From a virus (lineage: Duplodnaviria > Caudoviricetes): 54,055 nucleotides of DNA. The notes below the pieces were generated by a model. The model was not told the DNA's origin and did not search any database. It saw only the letters and a program-made list of their open reading frames with translations. Within the stretch, counting starts at the first letter, position 1. Each line of letters begins with the position of its first letter. Where the stretch lies: positions 1-54,055 of IMG/VR virus record IMGVR_UViG_3300020362_000006. One strand, 5' to 3'. The position numbers and the translations under genes are program-made. Shown here piece after piece: positions 30,428-39,132 of this stretch.

Positions 30428-31972
30428 TTATACAGTCAAGACTTCTTCCAAGTCAAGCCAATTTTTACCTATTTTTAATTCTATTCCAACAGGCATGTTA
30501 TATTCGAACCCATAGCGGTTCAAAGTCTCAGTAGGTATAGCCAGCATACAATCAGCTAACAGATTGATGCAAGCCTCTTTTTCATCAGGGTGCACGTCCA
30601 ACACGATTGAATCGTGGACAGTGTTGCAAATTACAGAAAGCATATTTCTGGTCCGCATCATCCTGCTTAATCGAACCAGAGCAGTTGGCAACAGGTCAGC
30701 AGTGGCAAAACCCTGAACCGGATAGTTACATATTGCGGTTCGCTCAGTGGCTGTGCCCCATTCTGTCCATCTAGCCTTGGGAAAAGCGTACTGGCGTCCC
30801 GATGGCAGTTCTATGTACTTCTTGGTTACGGCGTCTTTTTGCAATCGTTCGTGCCACTTGGTGACATTGTTGTACTTTTCTTTGAACGCATTGTAATAAC
30901 GCTTCTGGTCCTCTGTACCAGATACCCCACCATAGAGCGGTTTGAACGTGTGTGCTTTCGCGTCTTGTCGTGAACATCCGATAACACTAGCAGTATAGCT
31001 GTGAACATCTGTACCTGCCTCTACATCATCTCGTATAGCAGGGTCATCAGCAAGAAAGCCAGCAACCCTAAACTCAAGTTGGGCGTAGTCTCCTTCAAGT
31101 ATGTACCCACCTTCGAACCTGCTTTCGACAGCCTTACGTATAATAAAGGTAGAACCCCGTGGCATATTTTGGAAGTTCGGATTCCTAGACGAAAGGCGAC
31201 CCGTCGCCGTAACACACTGCATGAATTCTGTATGGATGAAACCGTTCGCATCCACGTTGTTTTCCATGCCTTCAACAAACGAACGCAGGTATGTTCGAAC
31301 CGCACTATAACGTATATAAGCTTCTGCAAACTCACGAGCCTCTCCTCTCAATGACGTAAACATACTTTCAAGTGTTTCTTTATCTGTCTTGAATCCTGCC
31401 GCCGCTACATCGTAGGGGTCACGAGGGATAAGCTTAAAGCCTGCCACTTGGTTCGTAGGTATATAGAGCACCCCCTTGCCCTGACAAGGCTTACAGATTC
31501 GGACAGCTTTACCTAGTGTGCCATCCTTCTTACGGGCTGTATAACGACCCATGCCGCCGCAATCGGTGCACTGGCTACCTCTTGTTTTGTACAATACCTC
31601 AGTCTCGTTGACAACGGTTCGCCGGAAGTCCGCACGACTCATACGAGTACGCCGCTTTGGTTTCTTTCCCGCACCACGTATCTCGTGACCAAGATTGAAC
31701 ACACCAGCCCATCTGTTCTTGTCCAACACACGGCACGAATAGAAAAGCTTGGAACGGTCATCAGGACTGTCGAGGTTCACGGGAGTGTCGCCCATAGCCT
31801 CTGCCGCAAGTTCGTTGAGCCGCCGCTCTAACGTGAACAGTTCCTCTTCGTACTCGCTACGAATGTCGGCTAACGTCTCTCTGTTTATCTTTAGCCCGTT
31901 CTGCTCCATACGAGCTAGAACGTCAGTCATCTCAAGCGACAGTCTTAGTGTCGGTAGTAAAGTCCGCTGCAT
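30428..31972 (-). CDS. polA: Family A DNA polymerase, polymerase part with DnaJ-type Zn insert
   Basis: TATGRLSS, GDYAQLE (A), KAHTFKPLYG (B), VHDS (C); CTDCGGMG and CKPCQGKG; own SD GAGGA 8 nt before ATG 31972. Confidence 0.9.
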   Translation of the reverse strand: MQRTLLPTLRLSLEMTDVLARMEQNGLKINRETLADIRSEYEEELFTLERRLNELAAEAMGDTPVNLDSPDDRSKLFYSCRVLDKNRWAGVFNLGHEIRGAGKKPKRRTRMSRADFRRTVVNETEVLYKTRGSQCTDCGGMGRYTARKKDGTLGKAVRICKPCQGKGVLYIPTNQVAGFKLIPRDPYDVAAAGFKTDKETLESMFTSLRGEAREFAEAYIRYSAVRTYLRSFVEGMENNVDANGFIHTEFMQCVTATGRLSSRNPNFQNMPRGSTFIIRKAVESRFEGGYILEGDYAQLEFRVAGFLADDPAIRDDVEAGTDVHSYTASVIGCSRQDAKAHTFKPLYGGVSGTEDQKRYYNAFKEKYNNVTKWHERLQKDAVTKKYIELPSGRQYAFPKARWTEWGTATERTAICNYPVQGFATADLLPTALVRLSRMMRTRNMLSVICNTVHDSIVLDVHPDEKEACINLLADCMLAIPTETLNRYGFEYNMPVGIELKIGKNWLDLEEVLTV

Positions 31973-32516
31973 TGTAAAATTCCTCAAATGTAGTGCCAAA
32001 GGCCTCTAGCTGTTTTAGTGCTATCTCTTCTGTAGCTTGTACGTCAGCTTTACCGTACTCTTCTACTATCTCCCACGGGATGTCATAGAACGTCTTGCCC
32101 GATTTAAGATACGGTTCCACAAGGTCCTTCTCCTTGCGGGTAACGTCATACTTTTCTGCAAGAGAAGCAAGTCCAAGAGGCCAACGCTGTGCCTTCGCAA
32201 GAATATATTCCGCCACCATCGTATCGTAGATATCACCATCATAAACAAATCCACACTCCCGTATCCAAGATAAATCAAACTTGATGTTTTGTCCCACAAC
32301 CATGTCCGCTTCGTCAAGTGCATCTTGAAACAGTTCCGGTGCAAAGTCGTGAGGCTCTCTCTCAGAATGATAATAACAATGGTAATGTATATAAGGAGAT
32401 GTAAGCCGCTTGTAACCTATTGAAACTAAAGAGTTTCCAAAGTACGGCAACGCAGTTGTCGAACCGTTGGGCTTATGCTTGTGGGTAGTCTCCACATCAA
32501 AAGTAAGTACGTTCAT
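31932..32516 (-). CDS. 3'-5' exonuclease domain of DNA polymerase, separate ORF
   Basis: ExoI FDVET, ExoII QNIKFD, ExoIII YGKAD. Confidence 0.85.
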   Translation of the reverse strand: MNVLTFDVETTHKHKPNGSTTALPYFGNSLVSIGYKRLTSPYIHYHCYYHSEREPHDFAPELFQDALDEADMVVGQNIKFDLSWIRECGFVYDGDIYDTMVAEYILAKAQRWPLGLASLAEKYDVTRKEKDLVEPYLKSGKTFYDIPWEIVEEYGKADVQATEEIALKQLEAFGTTFEEFYNAADFTTDTKTVA

Positions 32517-33757
32517 TAGTAATACAGCCCCCGTTGTACATCAATGTGACTGGTGAACATACCGTGCCAACCATTCAGTTTGTTCTTGGAAATACAGATG
32601 TGACGTGTGGTGTTCTCCTCTTCGGACGTGCCCGTCTTACCAATGCCAATGATGACATCAGCTTCACCTGCCTTACCTGTTCGCGAACCGTCAAGCATAG
32701 CATAGTCAATAAACTGACGGTCATGTGCCTCAAAGCTGGCTTGGCTAACTGACCACACCAGCAGTTTGTTACGCTTGGCTATCTCACGGGCAACGACATA
32801 AGTTTCCTTTAGCCGTTCATCACCCCTGTTAAACTCACCAGCAACGCGAAACTTGTCTAGCTGGTCACAGAACATGACATCAGGTTCGTTGAGTTGGGCG
32901 TAGTCATTCAACTCTTCCATAGATGTGCCAACCGAATCCATCACAATTAGGTAGGGTTCTATCTCTTCACGATAGCGTTGTGACAAAGCATCCGCGCCTT
33001 GTGACATCTCCTCACGAGTCAGACCAAAAAAACTCTGTATTATCCGTAACTTAATCTTTTCGGCAGGTTCCTCGTTTGCCCAATAAACTACTTTGTGTTT
33101 TTGTTTGATGTAGCTTGCGGCAACGAACGCACAGAAGGTGGTCTTGCCGACCTCTGGACGCGCAAAGATAATACCTAGATTACCCCTGTCCATACCCGCT
33201 AAATGTTCGTTAAGTAAATCCCAAGTGAACGGGAAGTCAGGTTCGCCAACCTCTTCTTCCATAAGTTGTACAAAGTCTTTGTCCATCTCACTGTAGGTAG
33301 TCTTGTCGGACATACGCCCGTCCTCTACCATATCTATCAGCGTCTTCAATTCACCAAAGTGTTCCGATTCGCCAGTAAATATTGATATGGCTTTTTCACC
33401 AATCTGCCGCGCCTTGTCACGAACCCAGAAGTTCTTTACTATATCCGCCTCTAAATCGCCAGCATCCGACATATGTTCAGATAAGTTGGATATTATGTCG
33501 AACACCTCTTGCCGCGCACTATGCGGCATGGCAGGATTCCTGTCCATGAACAGTGAATCCAACTGGTCACGTGACAAATCCGTCTCGTAATTCTTGTGTG
33601 CATAGGATATCGTATCGAACAGGGTGACATAGCGTCCTTCGAACATGTCACGGGTCACGATGTTCTTTACCTTGTCATAGAATTTTCTGTTAAGCAGAAA
33701 CCCTAATACCTGTATTTCAATCGATGTATTTCTGGAAGGTGTGTCTTCGTTCATCAT
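32516..33757 (-). CDS. DnaB-like (SF4) replicative helicase
   Basis: Walker A ARPEVGKT, Walker B MFCDQLD, VSQA, ISKNKL. Confidence 0.9.
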   Translation of the reverse strand: MMNEDTPSRNTSIEIQVLGFLLNRKFYDKVKNIVTRDMFEGRYVTLFDTISYAHKNYETDLSRDQLDSLFMDRNPAMPHSARQEVFDIISNLSEHMSDAGDLEADIVKNFWVRDKARQIGEKAISIFTGESEHFGELKTLIDMVEDGRMSDKTTYSEMDKDFVQLMEEEVGEPDFPFTWDLLNEHLAGMDRGNLGIIFARPEVGKTTFCAFVAASYIKQKHKVVYWANEEPAEKIKLRIIQSFFGLTREEMSQGADALSQRYREEIEPYLIVMDSVGTSMEELNDYAQLNEPDVMFCDQLDKFRVAGEFNRGDERLKETYVVAREIAKRNKLLVWSVSQASFEAHDRQFIDYAMLDGSRTGKAGEADVIIGIGKTGTSEEENTTRHICISKNKLNGWHGMFTSHIDVQRGLYY

Positions 33758-34511
33758 CTGTCATATCTTTCACATCTTTGTTTAAAACAACTAAACTTGT
33801 AGGCCTGTGGGCCTGTAACTGCCGGACAAGCTGAAACGCTTTTTGTGTTGCGTCCTTATCCAACGCAACCAGCAGTCTATCATAACGCCGCAAGAACGGC
33901 AAGTGACTGTCTTGCAGGTTTGTGCCAAGCAATGCTATCCCCGAAAGAATATTAGATACACTGCAAGCAGAAGCACAGTCTTCCAAAATAACACCGATGC
34001 GGCTGGTACCGCAAACGAAAGGATTACCTGACTTTCCATATCTCCACCACTTTGGTTTGATGTTAGCTAAACTACGACCTGCCGCATCAACAGTCCTGCG
34101 TCCATCTTTTATTAGATAAACAACACGGTTCATTCGGAAGTCATAACGAATATCGACACGACCAGACAGGTACGCATCGTAAGCATTGACCCGCTTGACA
34201 TAAGATTCAGCGGCGGGTTCGCGGGAGAGAGCCACGAAAGTTTCAGGTAATTCAAAGACTTGTTCGTCATCTGGTTTGCGAACAGGTTGCACCTTCTTTA
34301 GTAAAGGATGGTAGGGTGCATCTTTGCGAACCCTGAATCCTGTTCGTCCACGAACCCCACAGTCTGCATGAAAGCAGAACCACAGCCGTTCACCGCCAGT
34401 GTCACTAACACTGAACGTGTTCTTCTTACCACACGCAGGACAGTCCATCCGTAGACGACCCTCTGGTGCAATTGTCAATCCTTCAACGTAATCTTTTAAC
34501 CAAGCTGTCAT
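33717..34511 (-). CDS. DNA primase (Zn ribbon plus TOPRIM)
   Basis: CPAC..CFHADC, LEDCASA, ALLGT, LDKDA. Confidence 0.85.
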   Translation of the reverse strand: MTAWLKDYVEGLTIAPEGRLRMDCPACGKKNTFSVSDTGGERLWFCFHADCGVRGRTGFRVRKDAPYHPLLKKVQPVRKPDDEQVFELPETFVALSREPAAESYVKRVNAYDAYLSGRVDIRYDFRMNRVVYLIKDGRRTVDAAGRSLANIKPKWWRYGKSGNPFVCGTSRIGVILEDCASACSVSNILSGIALLGTNLQDSHLPFLRRYDRLLVALDKDATQKAFQLVRQLQAHRPTSLVVLNKDVKDMTDDERRHTFQKYID

Positions 34512-34531
34512 GGCTACTCCTATGACTGCGA

Positions 34532-34560
34532 CAAATACGCCACAATAAAATCCGTGTCAA
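34532..34560 (-). promoter_or_regulatory. Promoter of leftward replication operon
   Basis: TTGACA-17-TATTTG on minus strand, SD AGGAG before primase. Confidence 0.55.
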
Positions 34561-34636
34561 CTACATTTTTTGGTTGACGAACCGTTGACAAGCGTGATAC
34601 GCAATAAGAACAGTAACCCTATAGGGAACCCATACT

Positions 34637-34786
34637 ATGAAAATAACTAATAAAATAAACCCTATAGCTAAACTATTAAGGGACAAACAGTACACCAAAC
34701 AGGTTGTCCCCAACAAGAAAAAAACCAAACTAGATAAACTTGCAAAGAAGGAACTGAGGGATGGCAAGACCAGCCAAGATACCTGA
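34637..34786 (+). CDS. 49-aa basic peptide, ArfA-like N-terminal motif
   Basis: Below the ORF-track size cut-off; MKITNKINPIAKLLRDKQYTKQVVPNKKK; SD-like AGGGA. Confidence 0.55.
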   Translation: MKITNKINPIAKLLRDKQYTKQVVPNKKKTKLDKLAKKELRDGKTSQDT

Positions 34787-34970
34787 ACCAACTAAGACAT
34801 ACAGTCTGCTATTATCTGTAGAACAATACGATAGATTAGCAGTCCATGCAAAGAAGCTAGATAAGAAAAGCTATGAACAGGTCAGTGTTGGTGACCTAAT
34901 TCGTGACGGTATTGAATTATATCTTGAAGCGTTAGATGAGGAGAATGACCCTGATGTCTCTAAAGACTAA
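34761..34970 (+). CDS. Ribbon-helix-helix DNA-binding protein
   Basis: KTYSLLL strand, helix, SVGDLIRDGIELYL helix. Confidence 0.7.
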   Translation: MARPAKIPEPTKTYSLLLSVEQYDRLAVHAKKLDKKSYEQVSVGDLIRDGIELYLEALDEENDPDVSKD

Positions 34971-35205
34971 GAAGCTTGAAATAGAAATTGTTGAACGGCC
35001 CGACTATAAGTGGGCTTTGTTTGTTCCGGCATCATCTGTTCGAATTGGTGAGACAAGCCGCGAACTTGTCAAATCAAAGGACTGTGTAGACTATTTGCGT
35101 CACGTCATGCTTTTTGTCGGAAAAAGTCGCTATGAATGCAAAAAGTGGCTTGACACTAACAAACAGGCGGTGCTAAGACTAGGGATACCTTACGAGGTGT
35201 CGTGA
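34936..35205 (+). CDS. Hypothetical protein
   Basis: ORF overlapping RHH gene end; true start may be a downstream ATG. Confidence 0.6.
   Translation: MRRMTLMSLKTKKLEIEIVERPDYKWALFVPASSVRIGETSRELVKSKDCVDYLRHVMLFVGKSRYECKKWLDTNKQAVLRLGIPYEVS
35150..35179 (+). promoter_or_regulatory. Internal promoter for candidate sRNA-1
   Basis: cTTGACA-18-TAAGAC (gcTAAGAC), alphaproteobacterial-style -10. Confidence 0.45.
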
Positions 35206-35268
35206 GGTTGTTTCGTTCGTTGGTTGGGGAGCGGGGCTGGATTAATTTCTGGCCCCGTTTCTTTTTTT
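35184..35268 (+). ncRNA. Candidate trans-acting sRNA-1 (G/U seed)
   Basis: 5' hairpin ACCTTACGA/TCGTGAGGT, unpaired GTTTCGTTCGTTGGTT, terminator. Confidence 0.45.
35230..35268 (+). terminator. Intrinsic terminator
   Basis: AGCGGGGCTGGA/TCTGGCCCCGTT stem followed by T7. Confidence 0.85.
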
Positions 35269-35269
35269 G

Positions 35270-35298
35270 TTGACAGACTGTCTGGTTATCGATATTGG
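35270..35298 (+). promoter_or_regulatory. Early promoter
   Basis: TTGACA-17-TATTGG directly after terminator. Confidence 0.55.
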
Positions 35299-35305
35299 TA
35301 AAGAC

Positions 35306-35536
35306 ATGAATATAGCCAGACCAAAAGAAGCAACGTGGGACAACGCCAAACTATATCGCGTTGATTTCTACGATTTGCGGCTACCAGTATCCGGCACACG
35401 GCTCGTGTGGGCTGTTGTCGGACGCAAGTGGGTTCGTATTTGCACACCCGTACAAAACAAAAAGTTTCGTATGCGGCGTGGCGAATGGGACAAAATGTCA
35501 ACACAATTAGTTGAGGAAACGAACGATGTGGAGTAG
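35306..35536 (+). CDS. Early hypothetical protein
   Basis: MNIARPKE..SGTRLVWAVVGRKWV; start close to predicted TSS (near-leaderless). Confidence 0.6.
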   Translation: MNIARPKEATWDNAKLYRVDFYDLRLPVSGTRLVWAVVGRKWVRICTPVQNKKFRMRRGEWDKMSTQLVEETNDVE

Positions 35537-35654
35537 ACAAGAATTTTTTGAATGGTTGAATACCTGCCCTGAACACAGTTGGTATGTGGTGCATGATGAT
35601 GAAGGTCATGTAAGGATTTTGTTTTGGTTTGATGAGGAAACCAGCGATGACTGA
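35526..35654 (+). CDS. 42-aa early peptide
   Basis: SD GAGGA; MWSRQEFFEWLNTCP... Confidence 0.6.
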   Translation: MWSRQEFFEWLNTCPEHSWYVVHDDEGHVRILFWFDEETSDD

Positions 35655-35949
35655 TAATTACGACAGTGGCTTTGACCTTGTGTTATCTGATGATGAACGT
35701 AAAGAATTGAATTACTATTACTACGGTACCTGTTTGCCACAATACCTAGATGACAAAGAGGAAGACTTGTGGTACGGCATACAAATAGGTGACAGGATGT
35801 TTGACCTAAACGTATGGTATGACGAAGAACGCTACAAGATTGTTTGTAATGTCTATGAGTGCGATTGGGTGCGTGACAACTGGCAGACCAACTACCGCCA
35901 TGACTGGATGTTGACAGAGGAGACAAGCAATGAACGTGCCGACATTTAA
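35647..35949 (+). CDS. Early acidic hypothetical protein
   Basis: SD GAGGA, start MTDNYDSG. Confidence 0.7.
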   Translation: MTDNYDSGFDLVLSDDERKELNYYYYGTCLPQYLDDKEEDLWYGIQIGDRMFDLNVWYDEERYKIVCNVYECDWVRDNWQTNYRHDWMLTEETSNERADI

Positions 35950-36100
35950 AGAACTAAAGCGGGATTTACAAATACTAGAGATTGAGCCAGAGTATGACCG
36001 CATGGGACGAATCAAGCTGACAGGTAATCGTCCGGTAAATGATGTAACTGCTCAACTGATGATGAAGGAAACGAACAATGAGACGAAAATTCATGGTTGA
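35930..36100 (+). CDS. 56-aa early peptide
   Basis: SD GAGGAG; MNVPTFKELKRDL... Confidence 0.55.
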   Translation: MNVPTFKELKRDLQILEIEPEYDRMGRIKLTGNRPVNDVTAQLMMKETNNETKIHG

Positions 36101-36257
36101 CATCACCGCGTCAGTCTCTAAACAAATACCTGTCAGCGCATATACACAGGCTGAAGCAGAAGAACAGGCACATCAGATATTCGCAGACTATTGGAACAGT
36201 CTTGAAGGTGTGCCAGAAATATTCGAACAAGACACATACGACATAGGCGAGGTGTAA
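36078..36257 (+). CDS. 59-aa early peptide
   Basis: SD AAGGA; VSAYTQAEAEEQA motif. Confidence 0.6.
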   Translation: MRRKFMVDITASVSKQIPVSAYTQAEAEEQAHQIFADYWNSLEGVPEIFEQDTYDIGEV

Positions 36258-36259
36258 CG

Positions 36260-36463
36260 ATGGGAAAAGTTAAAGAAATGGCAATGGACAACGAAGACAA
36301 ATGGTTCGACATTGCAGGTTCGAAAATTGGTGGTTGCGAAACTATAGCTGAGTTTATGATAGCGATGGAACCACACCGTGATTTGATGGCGCACTTTACA
36401 GACAGGGAACTTGACGAACTGCAATGTGACGCATGGGATAACTTCTGGGCTGAAAAGCGATGA
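36260..36463 (+). CDS. Early hypothetical protein
   Basis: SD GAGGTG; MGKVKEMAMD. Confidence 0.7.
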   Translation: MGKVKEMAMDNEDKWFDIAGSKIGGCETIAEFMIAMEPHRDLMAHFTDRELDELQCDAWDNFWAEKR

Positions 36464-36663
36464 GCATGTACATTGACCCCGTCTACCCTGACAAGGCAAG
36501 TGACCCACGCTTGACAAACGTGGCTGACAAATGGCGAACGCTAAACAGACAAATCAGTGACGCTGACTGGCATGGCAAACCCGTGACAAAAGCGCAACGT
36601 GACAAATTATCCACGCTAAGACAAATGGTGCGACATGGCAAATTATTCACGCCAAATTTCTAA
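36460..36663 (+). CDS. Early hypothetical protein
   Basis: ATGA coupling, 67 aa. Confidence 0.6.
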   Translation: MSMYIDPVYPDKASDPRLTNVADKWRTLNRQISDADWHGKPVTKAQRDKLSTLRQMVRHGKLFTPNF

Positions 36664-36820
36664 TGACAAACGAACCACGCTAAACCCCAATTTTAAATGC
36701 CACAAGTGTGGCGAACCTGCGGCGGTTTATGTAGATAAGTGGCTTTATTGTCCGGCTTGTTATCTAAAAGAACAAGGCGCGAAAATAAAACCGCTTGACC
36801 ATACCGGATTTTATCCTTAA
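36635..36820 (+). CDS. Small Zn-finger protein
   Basis: CHKC..x..CPAC. Confidence 0.55.
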   Translation: MANYSRQISNDKRTTLNPNFKCHKCGEPAAVYVDKWLYCPACYLKEQGAKIKPLDHTGFYP

Positions 36821-36823
36821 CGT
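36795..36823 (+). promoter_or_regulatory. Early promoter
   Basis: cTTGACC-17-TAACGT, then short C/A-rich leader. Confidence 0.45.
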
Positions 36824-36855
36824 TTGCGAACCAACAACGAAAAGGAACCAACGAT

Positions 36856-37113
36856 ATGAAAAAACGAATTCACATAAACCAGCACGTCATCCGTGCAAAT
36901 AAAAAGAACGGGACAAACGACCCCGTCATCACCGTTAAAACTAGTCAGCGCAATGTATATGCCGACCGCGTCGAGATTCGCGGCCCGTCTAACGTTGTTT
37001 ATTCACCTGATAAACCGTTGTCATGCGGTGCCCGTGTTTGGATTGAAACTGAGGCCCCGATAGCGTGTGAGAATAACGGCAAGGTAACATTGTTTAGCGG
37101 GGTGTATAGCTAA
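36856..37113 (+). CDS. Conserved phage hypothetical protein
   Basis: IHINQHVIRAN..PVITVK..YSPDKPLSCGARVWIET. Confidence 0.8.
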   Translation: MKKRIHINQHVIRANKKNGTNDPVITVKTSQRNVYADRVEIRGPSNVVYSPDKPLSCGARVWIETEAPIACENNGKVTLFSGVYS

Positions 37114-37796
37114 TGAAAAAAGCAGACATAAACAAGCCAGCCGCGACCATGTACCCAAAGAGCCGCCGCGCTGTTGCCGATTGCAAATCCGTTTTGAAAC
37201 AGTCCAACAATAAAAAACTAAGCAAAGATAAACTGCCCGTAATCAAAAAAGGCAAGTTTAAAGGCTACGTTATTTATACCTTGACGCTTGAAGAACGGGC
37301 AACATGTCCCCGCTATTGCTATCATTGGGATAATTGCTACGGCAATAACATGATGTTCGGGCACCGTATCCAGCACGGGCCGGAACTAGAAGCCGCATTG
37401 CAAAAAGAAGTTGCCGAACTTTGCGCGACCTATCGCGGGGTGATTATTCGGTTACATGTGCTGGGTGATTTTTATTCGGTGGACTATGTCGAACTATGGC
37501 AACACTTACTAACCAAATTTGATAACCTAGCTATTTGGGGTTTCACCGGATACAAGCCAACAAGCGATATTGGTTTAGCTATTCGGGCCGTGCGGGGTTC
37601 GTTTGGTGAGCGGTTCGCGGTTCGGTTCAGCAATGCACCGGACTGGCAATTCAGCGCGAACAGTGCCGACCTATTCGAACAGGTAAAAAACAAATCGGTA
37701 ATCTGTCCCGAACAAACGGGGCAAACCGAATCGTGCGCCACCTGTACGATATGCTGGGCGGCAAAAGACATGCAAGTTTTGTTTCAAACCCACTAA
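37113..37796 (+). CDS. Cys-rich GP88-like protein (putative Fe-S)
   Basis: TCP..C....CY, RLHVLGDF, CPEQ..CATCTIC. Confidence 0.65.
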   Translation: MKKADINKPAATMYPKSRRAVADCKSVLKQSNNKKLSKDKLPVIKKGKFKGYVIYTLTLEERATCPRYCYHWDNCYGNNMMFGHRIQHGPELEAALQKEVAELCATYRGVIIRLHVLGDFYSVDYVELWQHLLTKFDNLAIWGFTGYKPTSDIGLAIRAVRGSFGERFAVRFSNAPDWQFSANSADLFEQVKNKSVICPEQTGQTESCATCTICWAAKDMQVLFQTH

Positions 37797-37884
37797 TGGC
37801 AAACGGGCCACGCTAACATTTTTTGGGGCTTGTATGCGCTTGCGGTTTCTGGGTTGTTGGGGGACTGGGCGCGGTACAGGTAGC

Positions 37885-37924
37885 GGGGTGTCGCGAGACG
37901 CGGGGCGGCATCCCATTTTTTTTA
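37885..37924 (+). terminator. Intrinsic terminator
   Basis: GGGGTGTCGC/GCGGCATCCC stem followed by T run. Confidence 0.65.
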
Positions 37925-38017
37925 TCTGAATTTTTTTTTGGGAATTGGGTTACCATCCGGTCAAAACCGTGTATAGTTATGTTATTGTTTAATCAAACGA
38001 CGAAAGGAACGAAACGA

Positions 38018-39031
38018 ATGTTTGATTTAATCCAGCCCGAATATAAGCGCGAGGGCAGCGCAACTTACTACCACCACAATGACGTATCAGATACCCAGCT
38101 TTTCAAAGATATGGGTTCGGTGCGTCGGGTGCCAATTGAAGCCGTAACCAGTCAAGATTATTCTGATGTGGAATTATGCGAATCAACGCCAATGCCGAAT
38201 TACTCAGCTTTGCAGAATATAGCAACGGGTGAATTACTGGACACGCGGCCTGTCGGTGCCAGCTATAAGCTTGTGCCGCATGATGAACTATTCGCCAACC
38301 ACGCTGAAATTTTGGCGGGTTCAGATTTGCCAGTCGGCAACGTCAAGGTGCTGGACCGCATTTATGATGATGGTTTGCGTGCCCATCGCACCGTTCATTT
38401 CATGGACCTGCAACACGCAGTCGGTGATAAGCAGGACAATGTTGTTTGCCGCATGGATATTTTTAACAGCATCGATATGAGTTGGGCTTTCCAAATATTC
38501 AGCGGGGCATATCGTGACTTGTGCCGCAATACGTTGGTGTTTGGCGGTGAGAAAGCGTATCACCAGAAATCAAAACATACAAAGAACCTTGAGCCAGCCG
38601 CGTTGATTAGTAAGGCGGCAATGGGTTTGAATATGTGGGAAAGCCAGCTTGACTTGATGAACCGTTGGCGGGGTGCCCGTCTATCTGACGAACAATTTGG
38701 GCAGATACTGGCGGAAACAGTTTGCCACAAATCCGGCAAGGCGGCGGAACTAGGCCACGCCAAGCCAGTGAATGAGCGGCTCTTTAATTACCTGATGCAT
38801 CAATTCAATGCGGAAAAGCAGGAATTAGGCGCGACCATGTGGGCGGGATATAATGCTCTGACCCATTGGGCAACACACACCAATGTCACATGGCAGGATG
38901 AAAAAGGAACCGAACGGCAGACTGGCAAAAGCACAGCCAGCCAGCATATGGTGCAACGAACCCGCAACGATAAGGTGCGCGACGTTATAACCAGCCCGTC
39001 ATGGCAGTATTTGGAAAGTGTCGCCGCCTGA
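38018..39031 (+). CDS. DUF932-family protein
   Basis: YKLVPH, FNSIDMSW, YRDLCRN, HTK, WAGYNALTHWATH; SD AAAGGA before ATG 38018. Confidence 0.75.
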   Translation: MFDLIQPEYKREGSATYYHHNDVSDTQLFKDMGSVRRVPIEAVTSQDYSDVELCESTPMPNYSALQNIATGELLDTRPVGASYKLVPHDELFANHAEILAGSDLPVGNVKVLDRIYDDGLRAHRTVHFMDLQHAVGDKQDNVVCRMDIFNSIDMSWAFQIFSGAYRDLCRNTLVFGGEKAYHQKSKHTKNLEPAALISKAAMGLNMWESQLDLMNRWRGARLSDEQFGQILAETVCHKSGKAAELGHAKPVNERLFNYLMHQFNAEKQELGATMWAGYNALTHWATHTNVTWQDEKGTERQTGKSTASQHMVQRTRNDKVRDVITSPSWQYLESVAA

Positions 39032-39111
39032 TGGAAGCTTTATACGTTATTTATCGTAGTCTGACCGTGCTACTGATAATTATGATAATTTATGCGGTCT
39101 TTGTTCAATAA
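39031..39111 (+). CDS. 26-aa single-TM peptide
   Basis: TGATG coupling; MEALYVIYRSLTVLLIIMIIYAVFVQ. Confidence 0.45.
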   Translation: MEALYVIYRSLTVLLIIMIIYAVFVQ

Positions 39112-39132
39112 CTGGAAAAAGGAACCAGAACT

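Noticed and set aside
34545-34554. CGGATTTTAT shared between spacers of the primase and 36795 promoters
   Set aside because: Only 10 bp and at different offsets from the -35
34615-34632. T7-like phage promoter (CCCTATAGGGAA)
   Set aside because: No single-subunit RNA polymerase gene and no family of 20+ bp copies; only a short palindrome
35284-35295. GGTTATCGATAT shared with 40346
   Set aside because: A single 12-bp match is expected by chance in 54 kb
36828-36842. Alphaproteobacterial LexA box (GAAC-N7-GAAC)
   Set aside because: Second half-site is GAAA and it is an isolated match within the C/A-rich leader
37823-38017. N-terminal extensions in the ORF track (37823, also 50544, 28371, 28016, 10578, 13894, 14307)
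   Set aside because: They cross terminators, hairpins or upstream genes; downstream ATGs have SD sites or coupled stop/starts
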